64,000 nt of DNA from Octopus bimaculoides (lineage: Eukaryota): contig NC_068984.1 of assembly GCF_001194135.2 (NCBI RefSeq), positions 16,413,963 to 16,477,962 on the forward strand. Direction: 5' to 3'. How positions within the stretch are numbered: position 1 is the first letter of the stretch; each line of letters starts with the position of its first letter. Under the pieces are notes generated by a model. It had not been told where the DNA came from, did not search any database, and saw only the letters and a list, made by a program, of their open reading frames with translations. The translations under genes and the position numbers were made by a program. This document shows, piece by piece, positions 38,304 to 51,150 of the stretch.

Positions 38304-39109
38304 NNNNNNNNNNNNNNNNNNNNNNNNNNNNNNNNNNNNNNNNNNNNNNNNNNNNNNNNNNNNNNNNNNNNNNNNNNNNNNNNNNNNNNNNNNNNNNNNN
38401 NNNNNNNNNNNNNNNNNNNNNNNNNNNNNNNNNNNNNNNNNNNNNNNNNNNNNNNNNNNNNNNNNNNNNNNNNNNNNNNNNNNNNNNNNNNNNNNNNNNN
38501 NNNNNNNNNNNNNNNNNNNNNNNNNNNNNNNNNNNNNNNNNNNNNNNNNNNNNNNNNNNNNNNNNNNNNNNNNNNNNNNNATATATATAGTAAAGTTTCT
38601 TTGTTTATTGTACAGGCAGTAGTTTGAAGTGCTCAGATAAAAAACCCGAAACGCAAAGGTATAAAAAAATGTTAAGGAGAATTTCAGATAGGTTCAACAA
38701 TTTAAATAAACATATATTCTGCCGTGGATCGATGTATATCAGTTTCTAAATATACTAATGTGTCACTCATTAAAACATGTTTAAAAATCTATGAATACAT
38801 AAATATATAAAAATTTAATATACATATATAAATAGATGAGTGAAATTGGATTATAAAAGTGTACGTGTATAAAAGTATAGATGTATAAAAATATATTTAG
38901 AATTGCAGTCTTATTAAAAGGCATTGTAGAACGGCGTTGTAAAAATAATCTTAAAATAAAATATGCTCTTACAAAAAGGTGGATAAAATAATGTCGTCCG
39001 AAGTTCGAATAAATAAACAGTGTAACATTGAGATTGGATTTTTCAGTAATCCAAGAGAATAATCCAAGAGAATAAGTAATCCTGTTTAGATAAACCGTTG
39101 GTGATAATC

Positions 39110-39199
39110 CTCTCACGGTCGTTTCAGGGGCACAGTAATCCATAGATTTTAAGGGTATTTTCACTCCAAAAATTAGATACTGCCTCCTTCACCAGAGAG
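39110..39199 (-). ncRNA. Decayed hammerhead ribozyme motif in a Penelope pLTR
   Basis: Minus: CTCT-CTGGTGA-AGG(A)GGCA...TGCCCCT-GAAAC-GACC-GT-G-AGAG. Stems I, II and III can form, but A6 is G and N17 is G. Confidence 0.55.
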
Positions 39200-39230
39200 T
39201 GTATTATTCAGGATTCACATTTCGGGCAAA

Positions 39231-41031
39231 TTATCTTTAACTAACCACAAGGGTCTTGCACAGAGGGGACAGTACAAGGACGAACAAAACATAAAAATGA
39301 GGGAAATAAACAAACGGATGAAAAAGAAATGAAAAAATTAATGAAAGATGGAATGACAGCCACTCGGACCCCACATTCCGAACGACTTCATTGAACTCTT
39401 TTATAGTCTATTTTGGATGAGACAGTTCTCATTTGAACCGTTTAAACAAATCATGTGACCTTACCATATCTTTTAGTTCAACTGTGTCTACTTCTTCCTC
39501 CAAATCACAGTCTTCCTTCCCAAACACCTCTCTGAGTTCTTGAATGGGCTCATTGTCAACGAGCACCCCACCCCATATGAGATAGTAATCCTCAGAAATG
39601 TCAATTTTTATCAGGTTGTTTATATTTTCAAGCTTTTTCACTAAGTCCTTGTTCTCTTTACTATATACCACAAAGGCTTTTTTTCCCACACGGGACGGTG
39701 ATTGGGAGGTTTGCTGTTCATGTGTGCTGCCTCTTTTCTTTATAAGGGCAGGGTCAGCGTTTGGTGGGGAATGTCGAGGGCTGATGTCTGCAGGGGAAGG
39801 ACAGGTTGGAGTAGGACAGGTTGGGGGTAGGATGGGAACGGGTTGGGGATTTTTATCACTGGTGTGCATTCTCTTCTGCCGCCTTCTGTTTTTCTTTCTN
39901 NNNNNNNNNATCACTGGTGTGCATTCTCTTCTGCCGCCTTCTGTTCTTCTTTCTGTTAACCGCTGTCCACTCCTCCGTTATTTCCTCTTGTTCCCTCGGT
40001 CCGTGTATTCCTTCTGACTTCGACACTTCAACAGGTGGAAGTTTGGTCTCCATCGGTGTAGTCATTGAAACTTTTACAGGGGGCAGAGAACACTCAACTC
40101 TTATGTGGCCTTTCTAGCCATACTTGAAACACCTAAGCTTCCTGCCCTCCACCATTACCCTCAGTTTCCTATCACCCACCACCATGGTGTCCGTGATAGC
40201 ATCTAGGTCTTCTGGTGTAACCTGGATGGCCATTTCCAGGCCTTTCCTCAGCCAGTTCCTTTCTGGTATTCTCATCATCTTCTCCTCCAGGCCCAACACT
40301 ATCGCCGTCGCTAACCAGGCAACATCCACCTCTGGTGGTAGCTCCTCCACCCTCACCCTGGAAGCCCGTCTTCCAAGGTAGGAGAGTAGGAGGATGATAT
40401 TGTCCGAAGACAATGAGGCCACGGAGTGTTGCCTGGCCTTTTCCTCTGATGAGAAACTCACCTCCACCGTGGCATACTTGGCACCCCTGGCCAGGTAAGT
40501 TATTTCCAGCCAGATGGGTGCCAAACACTTCTCGATTTCTTTTCTCTCCGCAATCTCTACCTTTTTCTCTCTCTTTGAAAACGATTTGACTATCACTGAT
40601 TTTCTTTGTTTCTTTCGTGACTTCACTGGAGGGGTCAGTACCACCTCGTACTCCTCCCTTTTCATTTGGTCTTTGTACATCTTAAACTCCCGCATATTAA
40701 AATTTATTCCTTCCTTCTTAACTCTGGTCATGTCCGCAAAACTTTTACCACTTTTCAAACTGGTTTCCCCTCCTCTTTTCACCAGCTCCTTCTGTATATT
40801 GATTAAACATCTCTCCATGTCGGACGTACTGATATTATCATATTGCATTTTAATGGTTAAACAAGGCTTCCTCCTTCAAACAAGGAAGACAACGGCAACA
40901 GTCCCGCTCACCGAGAAAAACGAGGTGTTTTTAAAAACACAACAGTTCAACAATGTGACGCACGTAAAACAACAAGCAACTTACTAACTTTTCTGAAACA
41001 CCACGTCCAACTCAAAAGTGAAAAGAACGAA
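39231..41031 (-). mobile_element. L1/Tx1-like non-LTR element encoding ORF1 only (HAL1-like)
   Basis: 5' UTR with GGACGTG, a decayed ORF1 at 40848-39429, then a 200-bp T-rich 3' UTR with the shared tail. There is no room for an EN/RT ORF2. Confidence 0.72.
39429..40848 (-). pseudogene. Decayed Tx1/L1-type ORF1 protein (RRM-like region plus zinc knuckle)
   Basis: Track ORFs 40114..40848, 39856..40065 and 39429..39914 join up. The in-frame readthrough CFKYG*KGHIRVEC is a decayed CX2CX4HX4C knuckle, followed by an EWTAVNRKK and Pro-rich linker. Confidence 0.8.
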
Positions 41032-41309
41032 TCTCAAGTAATTCACAATCTACACATTTCGTGCAATTTTATACTTGGTAGATGAGATTTAGTTATATAG
41101 GAAGGTGCAATTGTCAACAGGAGTAGGAAATCTTATAACAGGAATTATGGGAAATGCAAGTTAGAAAATGTTATAAATGTTAAGCAGGTTAATAAGTGAC
41201 CAATATGAGGTTACAAGATTGCAAGAGTATAGAAATTAATTGAAATATAGATAATTAAAGATTTAATGGTTAATTTATTGAGGTTTATCAAAATATTTAA
41301 ATGTTGAAC

Positions 41310-41692
41310 GGTATCTATGTTTACAGGAAAAAATATAGCATCCGAGAACTTATTTAATGATGTAGACTCATACCGACGAAGAATGTTCATGGACTCTCTA
41401 ATGCACAATTTACATACACGCGTAATTGTATTGTATGGGGGTGCTTGTGCTATTACAGATCAAGATAATGAGTATTGTATATTTTTTAGTTTAAGTTCTT
41501 GTATATACGAACTGGCGTTGTAGAAGATTTATATTTTACGTCAGTCAAAGAGTTCAAATGGGCCCTATATTGACGCTTAATGTCTACTGTGTTTCCTATA
41601 TAAACTCTTACCCTCTGTGTGGCAGGGATTTCCACAGAACACCTATATACTACGTTATTACATAAACAGGATCTGGCTAGCGGACACGACAC
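41310..41692 (-). pseudogene. Penelope-type GIY-YIG endonuclease remnant
   Basis: SCPLARSCLCNNVVYRCSV...RVYIGNTVDIKRQYRAH, then AQAPPYNTITRVCKLCIRE...SLNKFSD. Confidence 0.88.
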
Positions 41693-42306
41693 CTTTTTGT
41701 AAGAGCATATATTATTCTTAAATAATTTTTACAACACCGTTCTACAACACCTTTTAATATGACAGCAATTCTAAATATATTTTTATACTTCCATACGTTT
41801 ATGCATCTACACTTTTATAACCTATTTTCACTCATCTATTTATATATGCATATTAAATTTTAATATATTTATGTATTCATAGATTTTTAATGTTTTAATA
41901 TTTTAACGACTGATACATTAGTATATTTAGAAACTGATATTCATCGATTTACGGCAGAATATATGTTTATTTAAATTGTTGAACCTAACGTTTATATAGA
42001 TATAGCCTCATCTTTTCGATTTCAATTACCAAATATTTTATATTTCCTGAGCTATCATTATTGTTGCTATTGTGGTTGTTGTTTAAAGCAATTTGATTGG
42101 GCCTCATGAGACTTCTTGCGGAAATCTAGTTCGTTGAACTGAGTTAAACGTATTCAGAAACGTTTTTATGTTACGTTTCAAGTAACCTTACAATCATATT
42201 GGCTTTTGTTTTATTTATTTTCGTCTTTACTGAAGTAAAATTTATTTTAAAAAAAAACAATTTAATAAGGTTATTTTTTAATTTTTTGTTATATATCGTT
42301 CTACAA

Positions 42307-42500
42307 AGCGGCGAGCTGGCAGACCCGTTAGCTCACCGGGCAAAATGCTTAACGACATTTCGTTCTTCTTTACGTTGAGTTCAAATTCCGCCGAGGTCGA
42401 CTTTGCTGTTCATCTTTACGGGGTCGATTAGATAAGTACCATTTGAGATCTGGAATCGATGTAATCGACTTTTTCCCCTCCCACCGAAATTTGAGGCCAT
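42307..42500 (+). mobile_element. SINE family A
   Basis: GCGGCGAGCTGGCAG...GAGTTCAAATTCCGCCGAGGTCGACTTTGC. Further decayed copies are at about 43245-43410 (-), 43580-43740 (+) and 49388-49575 (+). Confidence 0.85.
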
Positions 42501-43753
42501 TATATATCTTCTATCAAACACCAAAGCCTTTAAAAAAAACTAGAGGTACGCCTTCATTTAAACGTAGATTTTTATAACTCCGCCTTTACGTTTTGTATTA
42601 TCCCACCTTCTTTTTAAATGTTTTTCAGATTCTTATAGTTTCAACATTAAAGATTCAAACTCCGCACTTTTCTGTTACTTCTTCTAAATCAATGCCAAAA
42701 GTACTTTTAGAAAATCAATAAGAAGGAATCCGAATGTAATGCTTTATAAAAATATTTATATATTAATTACATGGATAATGAAGCGCATATATTTCAAATA
42801 GCTGTATTAGTTTTCAAAGTAATGGCAATAATGTGCATTCCATAATAATAGCTTAAACTGCTGTTGCTTCAATTTATTAAGGATGAAAATGTAATTATAA
42901 ATGCAAACAAGATGTATTTATACATTTTCAATGCAAACGAAGTATTTTTATCCGCAAAACAAAGTACTTTTTAAGATACATCAACATAACTTAAAAAACT
43001 AAAATAGAAATAACAAAAAATTAAATAACGCTAATCAGTTTCTAGTTTTATAAATAATCTTTTAAAAAATTTTCTTGCAGATTTTGAATCTCTGATATTT
43101 AAAACAAACTGGTTGACTATTTCCAATTTTTTTCTTTCTTAAAAATAAAAAAAAAAGCGCGTAGTTGATATTTGAATTAAAAAGTGCAAACAATAATGTT
43201 GAAATGGTTTCTGATTTAGGTCTAAGGTTAGCAGCTTTAAGGGAAGAAGGTTAGCCAATGTCATCGACTCCAGTACTTGACGGGTTCTTTATTTTATCAA
43301 TCTCAGGAAGATTGACTTTGTTGAGCTGAACTCTGAACGTGACGAATATATAGATCAAATCCCGTGAAGCATTTTTTTCAAAACACGATTCTATCAGCTT
43401 GCGGCCTTTCAACAATATATTAATATAATACTGCAAAATTATTACATATGTTCAATATAATGCATTTATCTGGATTTTTGCAGTTGATGGATACGTCATG
43501 TATCCCGGAGAATATCTACGTGTGCAAATACTTCGTATTCTATGTTATAACCAATCTTGCATTATAGGAAAATCCCAAAGATAGTAGGCTAGCAAAATCG
43601 TTAGGGCGTTGGACAAAATGTTTGCAGTACTTGTACAGGGTTCACTTCCTTTCGGGGTTAACTTTGCCTTTCGTTCTTTCGGGTTCGATTAATTACAAGT
43701 CAAGTACTGGAATCGATGGTATCGACTAACCCCCCACCACTACCACCAACAAA

Positions 43754-43804
<51 letters not shown>

Positions 43805-44107
43805 CTCTCAAAATTATTGAACTTATGCTTAAAGCGGAAATCGTTATCAGAAAATCCTCTGAAAATTATTGGTTTGCAATTATTGTTTATTAGATATATT
43901 TGAGCTTGTCTCACTACACAATATTTATTTGAAAAACTTATCCAATTTGCTTTTATACTGCTCACGTTCATAAATAAACTGCCCAGGCTCATGTTGCTTT
44001 TGAGATTCTGTTGTACGCCACGACGATGTACTCTTAGAACTTCTCACATCTGAAGAGTTTCTGATATTCTTTCTTCTACATGTAATATAATACATTCTCT
44101 CCCCCTT

Positions 44108-44168
<61 letters not shown>

Positions 44169-44529
44169 CATCAGTGTCAGCTTAAACAATATTTCCGACA
44201 CTGTCAACGTAGCTTCTACTTCAACTTTGTCATCAGTAATCAACCAATTTTCAAACTCTTCTTTTTTGTACATTGCTTTTGGGTTCGGTTGCCAAACATT
44301 TAGTTCCATACTAACAAAAGGTGTCTTTGGTTACATTAGAAAATCAGTCTGTTTTTATAAAACAAGCAAATAAGTGAGNNNNNNNNNNNNNNNNNNNNNN
44401 NNNNNNNNNNNNNNNNNNNNNNNNNNNNNNNNNNNNNNNNNNNNNNNNNNNNNNNNNNNNNNNNNNNNNNNNNNNNNNNNNNNNNNNNNNNNNNNNNATA
44501 TATATATATATATATATATAATATACATA

Positions 44530-44950
44530 TATACGACGGGCTTCTTTCAGTTTCTGTCTACCAAATCCACTCACAAGGTTTTGGTCGGCCCGAAGCTATA
44601 GTTGAAGACACTTGCCCAAGGTGCCACGCAGTGGGACTGAACCCGGAACCATGTGTTTTGTAAGCAAGCTACTTACCACACAGCCGCTCCTGTGCCTATA
44701 TGTATGCATGTAGGTATGTATGTATGTATGTATGTATGTATGTATGTGTAAATGTGTGTCCTCCACCACCTCTTACCAATCCATGTTCATTTGATTATGT
44801 CCCCGTAACATAGCGGTTCAGTAAAATTTAACGATAGAATAAGTACTAGCCTTTAAAAAAATAAGTACTGCGGTCGATTTGTTCAGCTGAACCCTTCAAG
44901 GCAGTGTGCCCTAACATGACCGCAGCCGAATGACCGAAATTAGTAAAGAA
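44530..44950. mobile_element. SINE family B fragments: minus head (44530-44697) and plus tail (44755-44950)
   Basis: Both fragments match 33146-33572. Confidence 0.75.
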
Positions 44951-45516
44951 AAATGACGATTTTAAAAAATCATCTTCTCTGAGACTTCCATGATATTGCT
45001 TGCATAAACAATGAAGCGAGAAAGGAAATCCGTTTTGAAATTGCGTTTGTATCAGATTCATTTTATATCAGATTCGTTTTAAATATCACCGAGATTGGTT
45101 TAAATTCTTGTACAAATTCCTCTTCGATAATAATTCTTTAAAGGTCGTATGTTGCCATGGTCACACTGTTGAATTAATGATGTGTCTGAAAGCAAGAAAA
45201 TTGCTTTGATGTTTGTTTGGTTTGATTTGGTTTGGTTTGGTTTTTGTCTTTTAATAACAAATTACTTGTGCATGCCGTACAACTGCCAACTAACAAGATA
45301 ATTTTTGCTTTAATTCCAACTCCTACATAAGTAACCATTTGTTAAAAATAACTCAAGTCATGAATCTAATTCCACTGGAACCGTAATAAATTGGTAAACT
45401 ATTATTAACAGTCTTAAACACCGAAAATGTTAAACATCGAAAATGTTAAACACCGAAAATGTTCTCGCATTTTCTAATCACTGGAAGCTTTCGTTTCTGT
45501 CGCATGACACCGTTTA

Positions 45517-45745
45517 TGTTTTACTTGTTTCAGTAATTGGATTGTGGCCATTCTGGAGTGCCGTATTAAAGAATTTACTTTTTAATTCTGGTTCTTATTC
45601 TCGGCCCCAGGATTTATTCTTTGTAAGCCTAGTACTTATTCTATCGGTAACTTTTGCCGAACCTCTAAGTTACGGGGACGTAAACACGCCAGCATCGGTT
45701 GTCAAGCGATGTTGGGAGGACAAACAGACATACAAGCATACATAC

Positions 45746-45798
<53 letters not shown>

Positions 45799-45957
45799 CG
45801 ACGGGCTTCATTCAGTTTCCGTCAACCAAATCTACTCACAAGGCTTTGGTCGGCCCGAGGCTATAGTAGAAGACACTTGCCCAAGGTGCTACGCAGTGAG
45901 ACTGAACCCGGAACCATGCGGTTCGTAAGCAAGCTACTTACCACACACCCACTCCTA
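45517..45957 (-). mobile_element. SINE family B, full length
   Basis: Reverse complement of 33146-33572 with an internal (CATA)/(TA) tract. Confidence 0.9.
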
Positions 45958-46239
45958 TATATATATATTGTACATAGAGCCGAATCCACTTAATTGCAAA
46001 AACGAATAATTCTATAATTCGGCTTAATTTCATAAATTAAAATGTCAGTTTCTTTTAATAAATTGTATGAGCTATTTTTACCATGTCAATGTTATGTAAA
46101 ATGGGTGAAACACTACATGAAATTGAACGAAATCTTCTACATTTACTTCATATCAAGTCAGATCAGATTTTATACGAAGTAAAACAATTAATGTCAAAAT
46201 GGTGAAATGTACTCAATTTTTCCTAACATTTCAATGAAT

Positions 46240-47230
46240 CAAAGATCATCATCATCGTCGAGTTAGTGGTCGTGGCCGTCGTTTTCATCATCATAATCGT
46301 CGTTAACATCATCATCATCATTATCATTATCTTCATCATCATCATAGTCGTCGTCATCATCCTCATCATCTCAACCATTGTTATCATCGTCATCATCACC
46401 ATCATCATCATCTGTCGACTTTAATTTGCATTTGAGCCAGTCAAGATGATCGACAAGCCGTGTTTCTCTTTCCATCAATAGTGGCAACACCTCTGTCCTT
46501 CAACATGGTTTTTGAAAGATGCTGACTGTTCATCCTCCCATAGGTCAGGTTTCCGAAAGATAACCTCGCTGGTAGACAACTCTGGATGTCTCAGACACTA
46601 ACTGACAAGCTACAACCCTATACTTATTATACCGGAGACGTCGCCATAGACATGTTCATTGGTTTCCTTCTGCAGTCTATTTAACTTTGAAAGCCATTCG
46701 GAGATCGAAGGTTTGGGCCATGGACTTAATGACACTCCAAGTTTTCCACTCGTAAAGAAGAATTGTCTCAATCGCTACTGTGAGATTCTCTTCTTGAAGG
46801 CCTGATAACGTTAAAAGTTCAGATATTCTTCATATCTTTGAGTACTTTCCAGGCAAGACATTTGCGTACCTTGATGTCTTTCTCCGAGTCAGCTGTAAAT
46901 GATCTGAAGGGTCAAGCGGCAAAGATATTATTCTACTTAGCGAAGGCATCTGGGGAATGTATAACTGCTGCCATTCACAGAAAAGCGCTGTTGAAATGAG
47001 AAAAGCGCTGTTGAAGCGTTAAGTGGAATTTGGCAATCGAGGATCGAATCTACGCTATGCCTTCATCTGCCTTGTGCGACGCGTAATCAATTACAATGAA
47101 GACTATGTTTTTCCGTTTTCTTCGTATAACCCAACTTCTTTACATAGGGTTCCTGCTATCTACAGAAGACCTTGAATATGTGATATCGTGTGATAGCAAA
47201 AAGTTGTCTTCGACAAAGCCCAGTTAATGT
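46240..47230 (-). pseudogene. RTE-clade LINE ORF2 (RT/thumb) remnant with a (GAT)n 3' tail
   Basis: Minus-strand fragments FIVIDY, SEKDIKVRKCLAWKVLKDMKNI, IETILLYEWKTW and RHPELSTSEVI, followed by the (GAT)n tract (plus-strand (ATC)n at 46240-46411). Confidence 0.78.
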
Positions 47231-48636
47231 CATAGAAAAAAAACTATCGATATTCATATTTCTACAATTTATTTTTATACAGTATAAGTCCTTCAATAAC
47301 TAAATTTTCATGGGAGATAAAATATTTTTTAAAGTTCTGGGTCAGGCAGCGAATTGGTGTTATTTTGTTGTCTATATCATCGACTTCTTTGGTCCCTGAT
47401 TGATATAATTACAGTATTTTTATTAGTCGGCACGAACCTAATTGATTTTATTGATTAATTCCACGCATGTGAAAGTCACAACCGGAGCGTATAAATCTCA
47501 GTAAACTAAGGTAATTGAAGTCTGTCAAAGGAAAATGAAAAAAAAAAAAAAAAAGGAAAAAAACTTTCATGTGATACCGAAAAGTAAATTTTGATATCAA
47601 TTTGAAACGGAAATTAAATTTTGCCAAATTCGACATTCTACTATCAAATAAATAGTCATGAAGATACATAACAATACAAAAATAGCCTAGACAGGGTGAA
47701 TGTAAATAAATTTTGTATATACGAAACGTACTGCATGTAAAATAACGTTTTGTTCTTGTTTTATTATATAATCCATAGATGTGAAATATAATCCCAATAC
47801 ATCCTAACTGTTGTCGATATATTGAAATCTCGTAATTTATAGCATACTGTGCGAATTCAGTAAATTTCAAACTGCGGTTTGTTCCATGAAAATTTCAATA
47901 AGAGAAATTATTAAATTAAGCAGTTTCCTCTGTACAACCATCCCAATTTGATGTCTCTCGCCGTCGCTAACCAGAGTTTCTTGCTATATACGATCCCCCA
48001 AGCAATAAAAAAGTGATTGAAAGAACTTACTTAAGGAAGCCAAAAACAGACGATAAAAAAGGCAAAATTATTCCACTTTATATTGGTCTTCTTTGATCAT
48101 GTGACACACTTAGCAATGTATACCAACATATTAGTTTTGTATTGAATAGATCTCATAAAACATAAACCGCAGGACTTTCGACTTGAAGTGCAGCCTAATA
48201 GATTGGTTTTGTCTTCAGTTAAAGACTTATCAGAGATTGCTTATTTCGCCTTACAAACTGCGATATTTAGAACATGACATTTGTTTACCAAATATATCCT
48301 GTATGACTTCTGTATAAATATTTATTTATGACCACATTGTATTAATATTGTAGTTATTAGTGCCTAGTTTGTTAGACTTGCAGTGCTAGTGCGTAAATTT
48401 CGTTGTGTATCATAATTTTATTTACATTTCCCATAAAAATCACTACAGTTCTGAAATTCGGCTGATTTTAGGGTGAGGTAAGCTAGAGACTAATACGGTG
48501 AGGTAAGTGGGGTTCATTTCTCACTTCAAGCTGCTGAAAAACCTCTGGTTTTTCCGTTGTGTCCTTCTCTGCAACGACACTAAATGTGTGTTTTTTTAAC
48601 GTATGCAGTGTGAAAGTCATATATATTAGGGTGAAT

Positions 48637-48960
48637 GAAGGCGCATGGCTCAGTGGTTTAAATCGCCGAGCTCACAGTCATGAGGTAGTGAGTTCGATTC
48701 CCGGACCTAGCTGTATCTTGTGTTCTTGAGCAGTTCACTCGTTGCTCCAGTTCACTCAGCTGTAGAAATGAGTTGCGACGTCACTGGTGCCAAGCTGTAT
48801 CGGCCTTTGCTTTTCCCTTGGATAACTTTGGTGGTATGGAGAGAGGCTGGAATGCATGGGCGACTGCTGGTCTTAATTGCCCGGACTTGTGCCGCGGAGG
48901 GGAACTTTCTAGGTGCAACCCGATGGTCATACGTGACCGATGGAGGTCTTTACTCTTTAC
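48637..48960 (+). mobile_element. tRNA-derived CORE-like SINE (family D)
   Basis: GGCGCATGGCTCAGTGG...GAGTTCGATTCCCGG...GTGTTCTTGAGCA...; ends in CTTTAC repeats. Confidence 0.75.
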
Positions 48961-48969
48961 TCCTTTATA

Positions 48970-49023
<54 letters not shown>

Positions 49024-49044
49024 ATTATGTATGTCTGCAGTTGT

Positions 49045-49089
<45 letters not shown>

Positions 49090-50109
49090 CAGATAGATGT
49101 GTGTGTTTGTCTGCCTATCTGTTTATGCAATGTTTTCCGCTGAGGTGTAGAATTAAGTTCAAGAAAGTAACTCGCTCTGCTCATATCATTTAAAAATTAT
49201 AAATATCAGACAATTGTTTACGTTATGAGAATTTAGAAACTTCGAGAGAGATGAGGTAAATTATTTTTAACATTGGAATTCGAAACTTATTAAGCTGTAA
49301 AATAAGAGCGTGTAGAATGTAAACTTTCGATTTTCTTTCGTCCAAGGGATTTTTAATGTTTCTCGCGCTATCATTTATATCTTTATAAGGGGGTGAGCTG
49401 GCAGAATTGTCACCGTCCTGGATAAAATGCTCGACAACATTTCTTTCGGCTTTCCTTTCTGAGTTCAAATGATGCCGAGGTTGACTTTGGTACTAGTTGA
49501 GCACTGAAATCAATGTTTTCTACTAACGCCATCACCCCACTCTAATTTCAGGCCTTGAGCCTATAATAGAAAGGCTTATCTATAACTTTATCTACTTCAA
49601 CTTCTTCGTTAAAATATAATCTACCTCAAACAATTGTGCTAACTCTACAAATTTAAGTTAACAATATTCTTACATAACTGTTTTCAGTCCCACTTTGTGG
49701 GACATTGGGCAAGTGTCTTCTACTATAGCTTCGGGCCGACCAAAGCCTTGTAAGTGGACTTGGTAGACGGAAACTGAAAGAAGCCCATCGTATATATATA
49801 TATGTATATGTATANNNNNNNNNNNNNNNNNNNNNNNNNNNNNNNNNNNNNNNNNNNNNNNNNNNNNNNNNNNNNNNNNNNNNNNNNNNNNNNNNNNNNN
49901 NNNNNNNNNNNNNNNNNNNNNNNNNNNNNNNNNNNNNNNNNNNNNNNNNNNNNNNNNNNNNNNNNNNNNNNNNNNNNNNNNNNNNNNNNNNNNNNNNNNN
50001 NNNNNNNNNNNNNNNNNNNNNNNNNNNNNNNNNNNNNNNNNNNNNNNNNNNNNNNNNNNNNNNNNNNNNNNNNNNNNNNNNNNNNNNNNNNNNNNNNNNN
50101 NNNNNNNNN

Positions 50110-50150
<41 letters not shown>

Positions 50151-50289
50151 TATATACATACATACATACATAAATACATACATACATACATACATACATA
50201 CATACGGTGAATAAGCATAGTAAAGTTAAATGCCCAAATGGGAAGAATTGTATACAACATATGAGAACCAGTCTGTTACTTCGTTCTTC

Positions 50290-51150
50290 TAATTGCCCTC
50301 ATACTATCAAGAATACAAATAACGGGATAAAAAGAACAAACCCATTATATATTCAAAAATGCCCGAAAATTTGAAGATTATTGCTTCGTTCATAGTTCCA
50401 TTCGCTAAGAAAATTAAGGGTAATTTGGTTGGAACCTTCTTAGAATTGGTTATTTCGTATCTAATATTTTATGCCTGATTATATTTTCAATTAACGAAAG
50501 AAAACTATCTAATTTTTGTAATAATTGTAATAGTAGTAAATGCCATAACAGTAACACTAATGGAATACACGTTAGTAATGTAAGTAAATTTGAGACGGCT
50601 AGTGTACAAGGGGAAACAACCCAAGTCAAATCCCATCCCAACCTCTTGAATGGAGGAAAAAAATGACAAATAGCAATTATACTGAATGCAATGATGTGAA
50701 ACAGAGTAATAATACGAATACTAATGAAAATACCTGTTGTGATTGCAGGGTTAGAAGTTAATGACTATTTAAAAATTATTGTAAACAAAAGAATATTGTT
50801 TACAGATGTAAGGTGATATCTGAGAGTAAAAGTTTGTTCTACATAGGGGCTACGCAGAATTTTATTAAGAAGCGTGTCTCTAACTATATTTGCACTTTTA
50901 ATAATGGGAACAAGTCTTCTACCAGCTTCAGTAAATTCATTAGGGACTTGAACGACAAGAAAAAAGAGTTTTTCTGTGGGGTGGAACATTATAAGCAAGG
51001 TGACTGCTTATAAACCTGGAAACTCCATTTGCTTTTTCTGTCTAGAAGAACTGTTCTTGATCTTATATTCTAGCAGACGTTTCTTAATTGGTAGAGTAGA
51101 GACTGGTTTTTCATGTGTTCACCCATGTAAATGGTCTCTTAGAAACTACC
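50290..51150 (+). pseudogene. Penelope-like RT-thumb and GIY-YIG remnant
   Basis: FIVPFAKKIKGNLVGTFLELV; CCDCRVRS**LFKNYCKQKNIVYRCKV...FYIGATQNFIKKRVSNY; AYKPGNSICFFCLEELFLILYS. Confidence 0.85.

Larger units (their letters stand above)
38689..41987 (-). mobile_element. 5'-truncated Penelope-like element with an inverted pLTR arm, interrupted by an ORF1-only LINE
   Basis: About 295-bp inverted arms at 38689-38981 and 41690-41987, a GIY-YIG domain at 41692-41310, and a decayed hammerhead at 39110-39199. Confidence 0.8.

Noticed and set aside
45416-47017. Small local tandem duplications (16 bp x3 near 45416, 19 bp x2 near 46979; also 13 bp x2 near 39048)
   Set aside because: Ordinary slippage products with no further structure.
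47448-47870. 140-aa minus-strand ORF
   Set aside because: AT-rich, F/Y/I-biased, crosses a homopolymer run, and has no recognisable domain.
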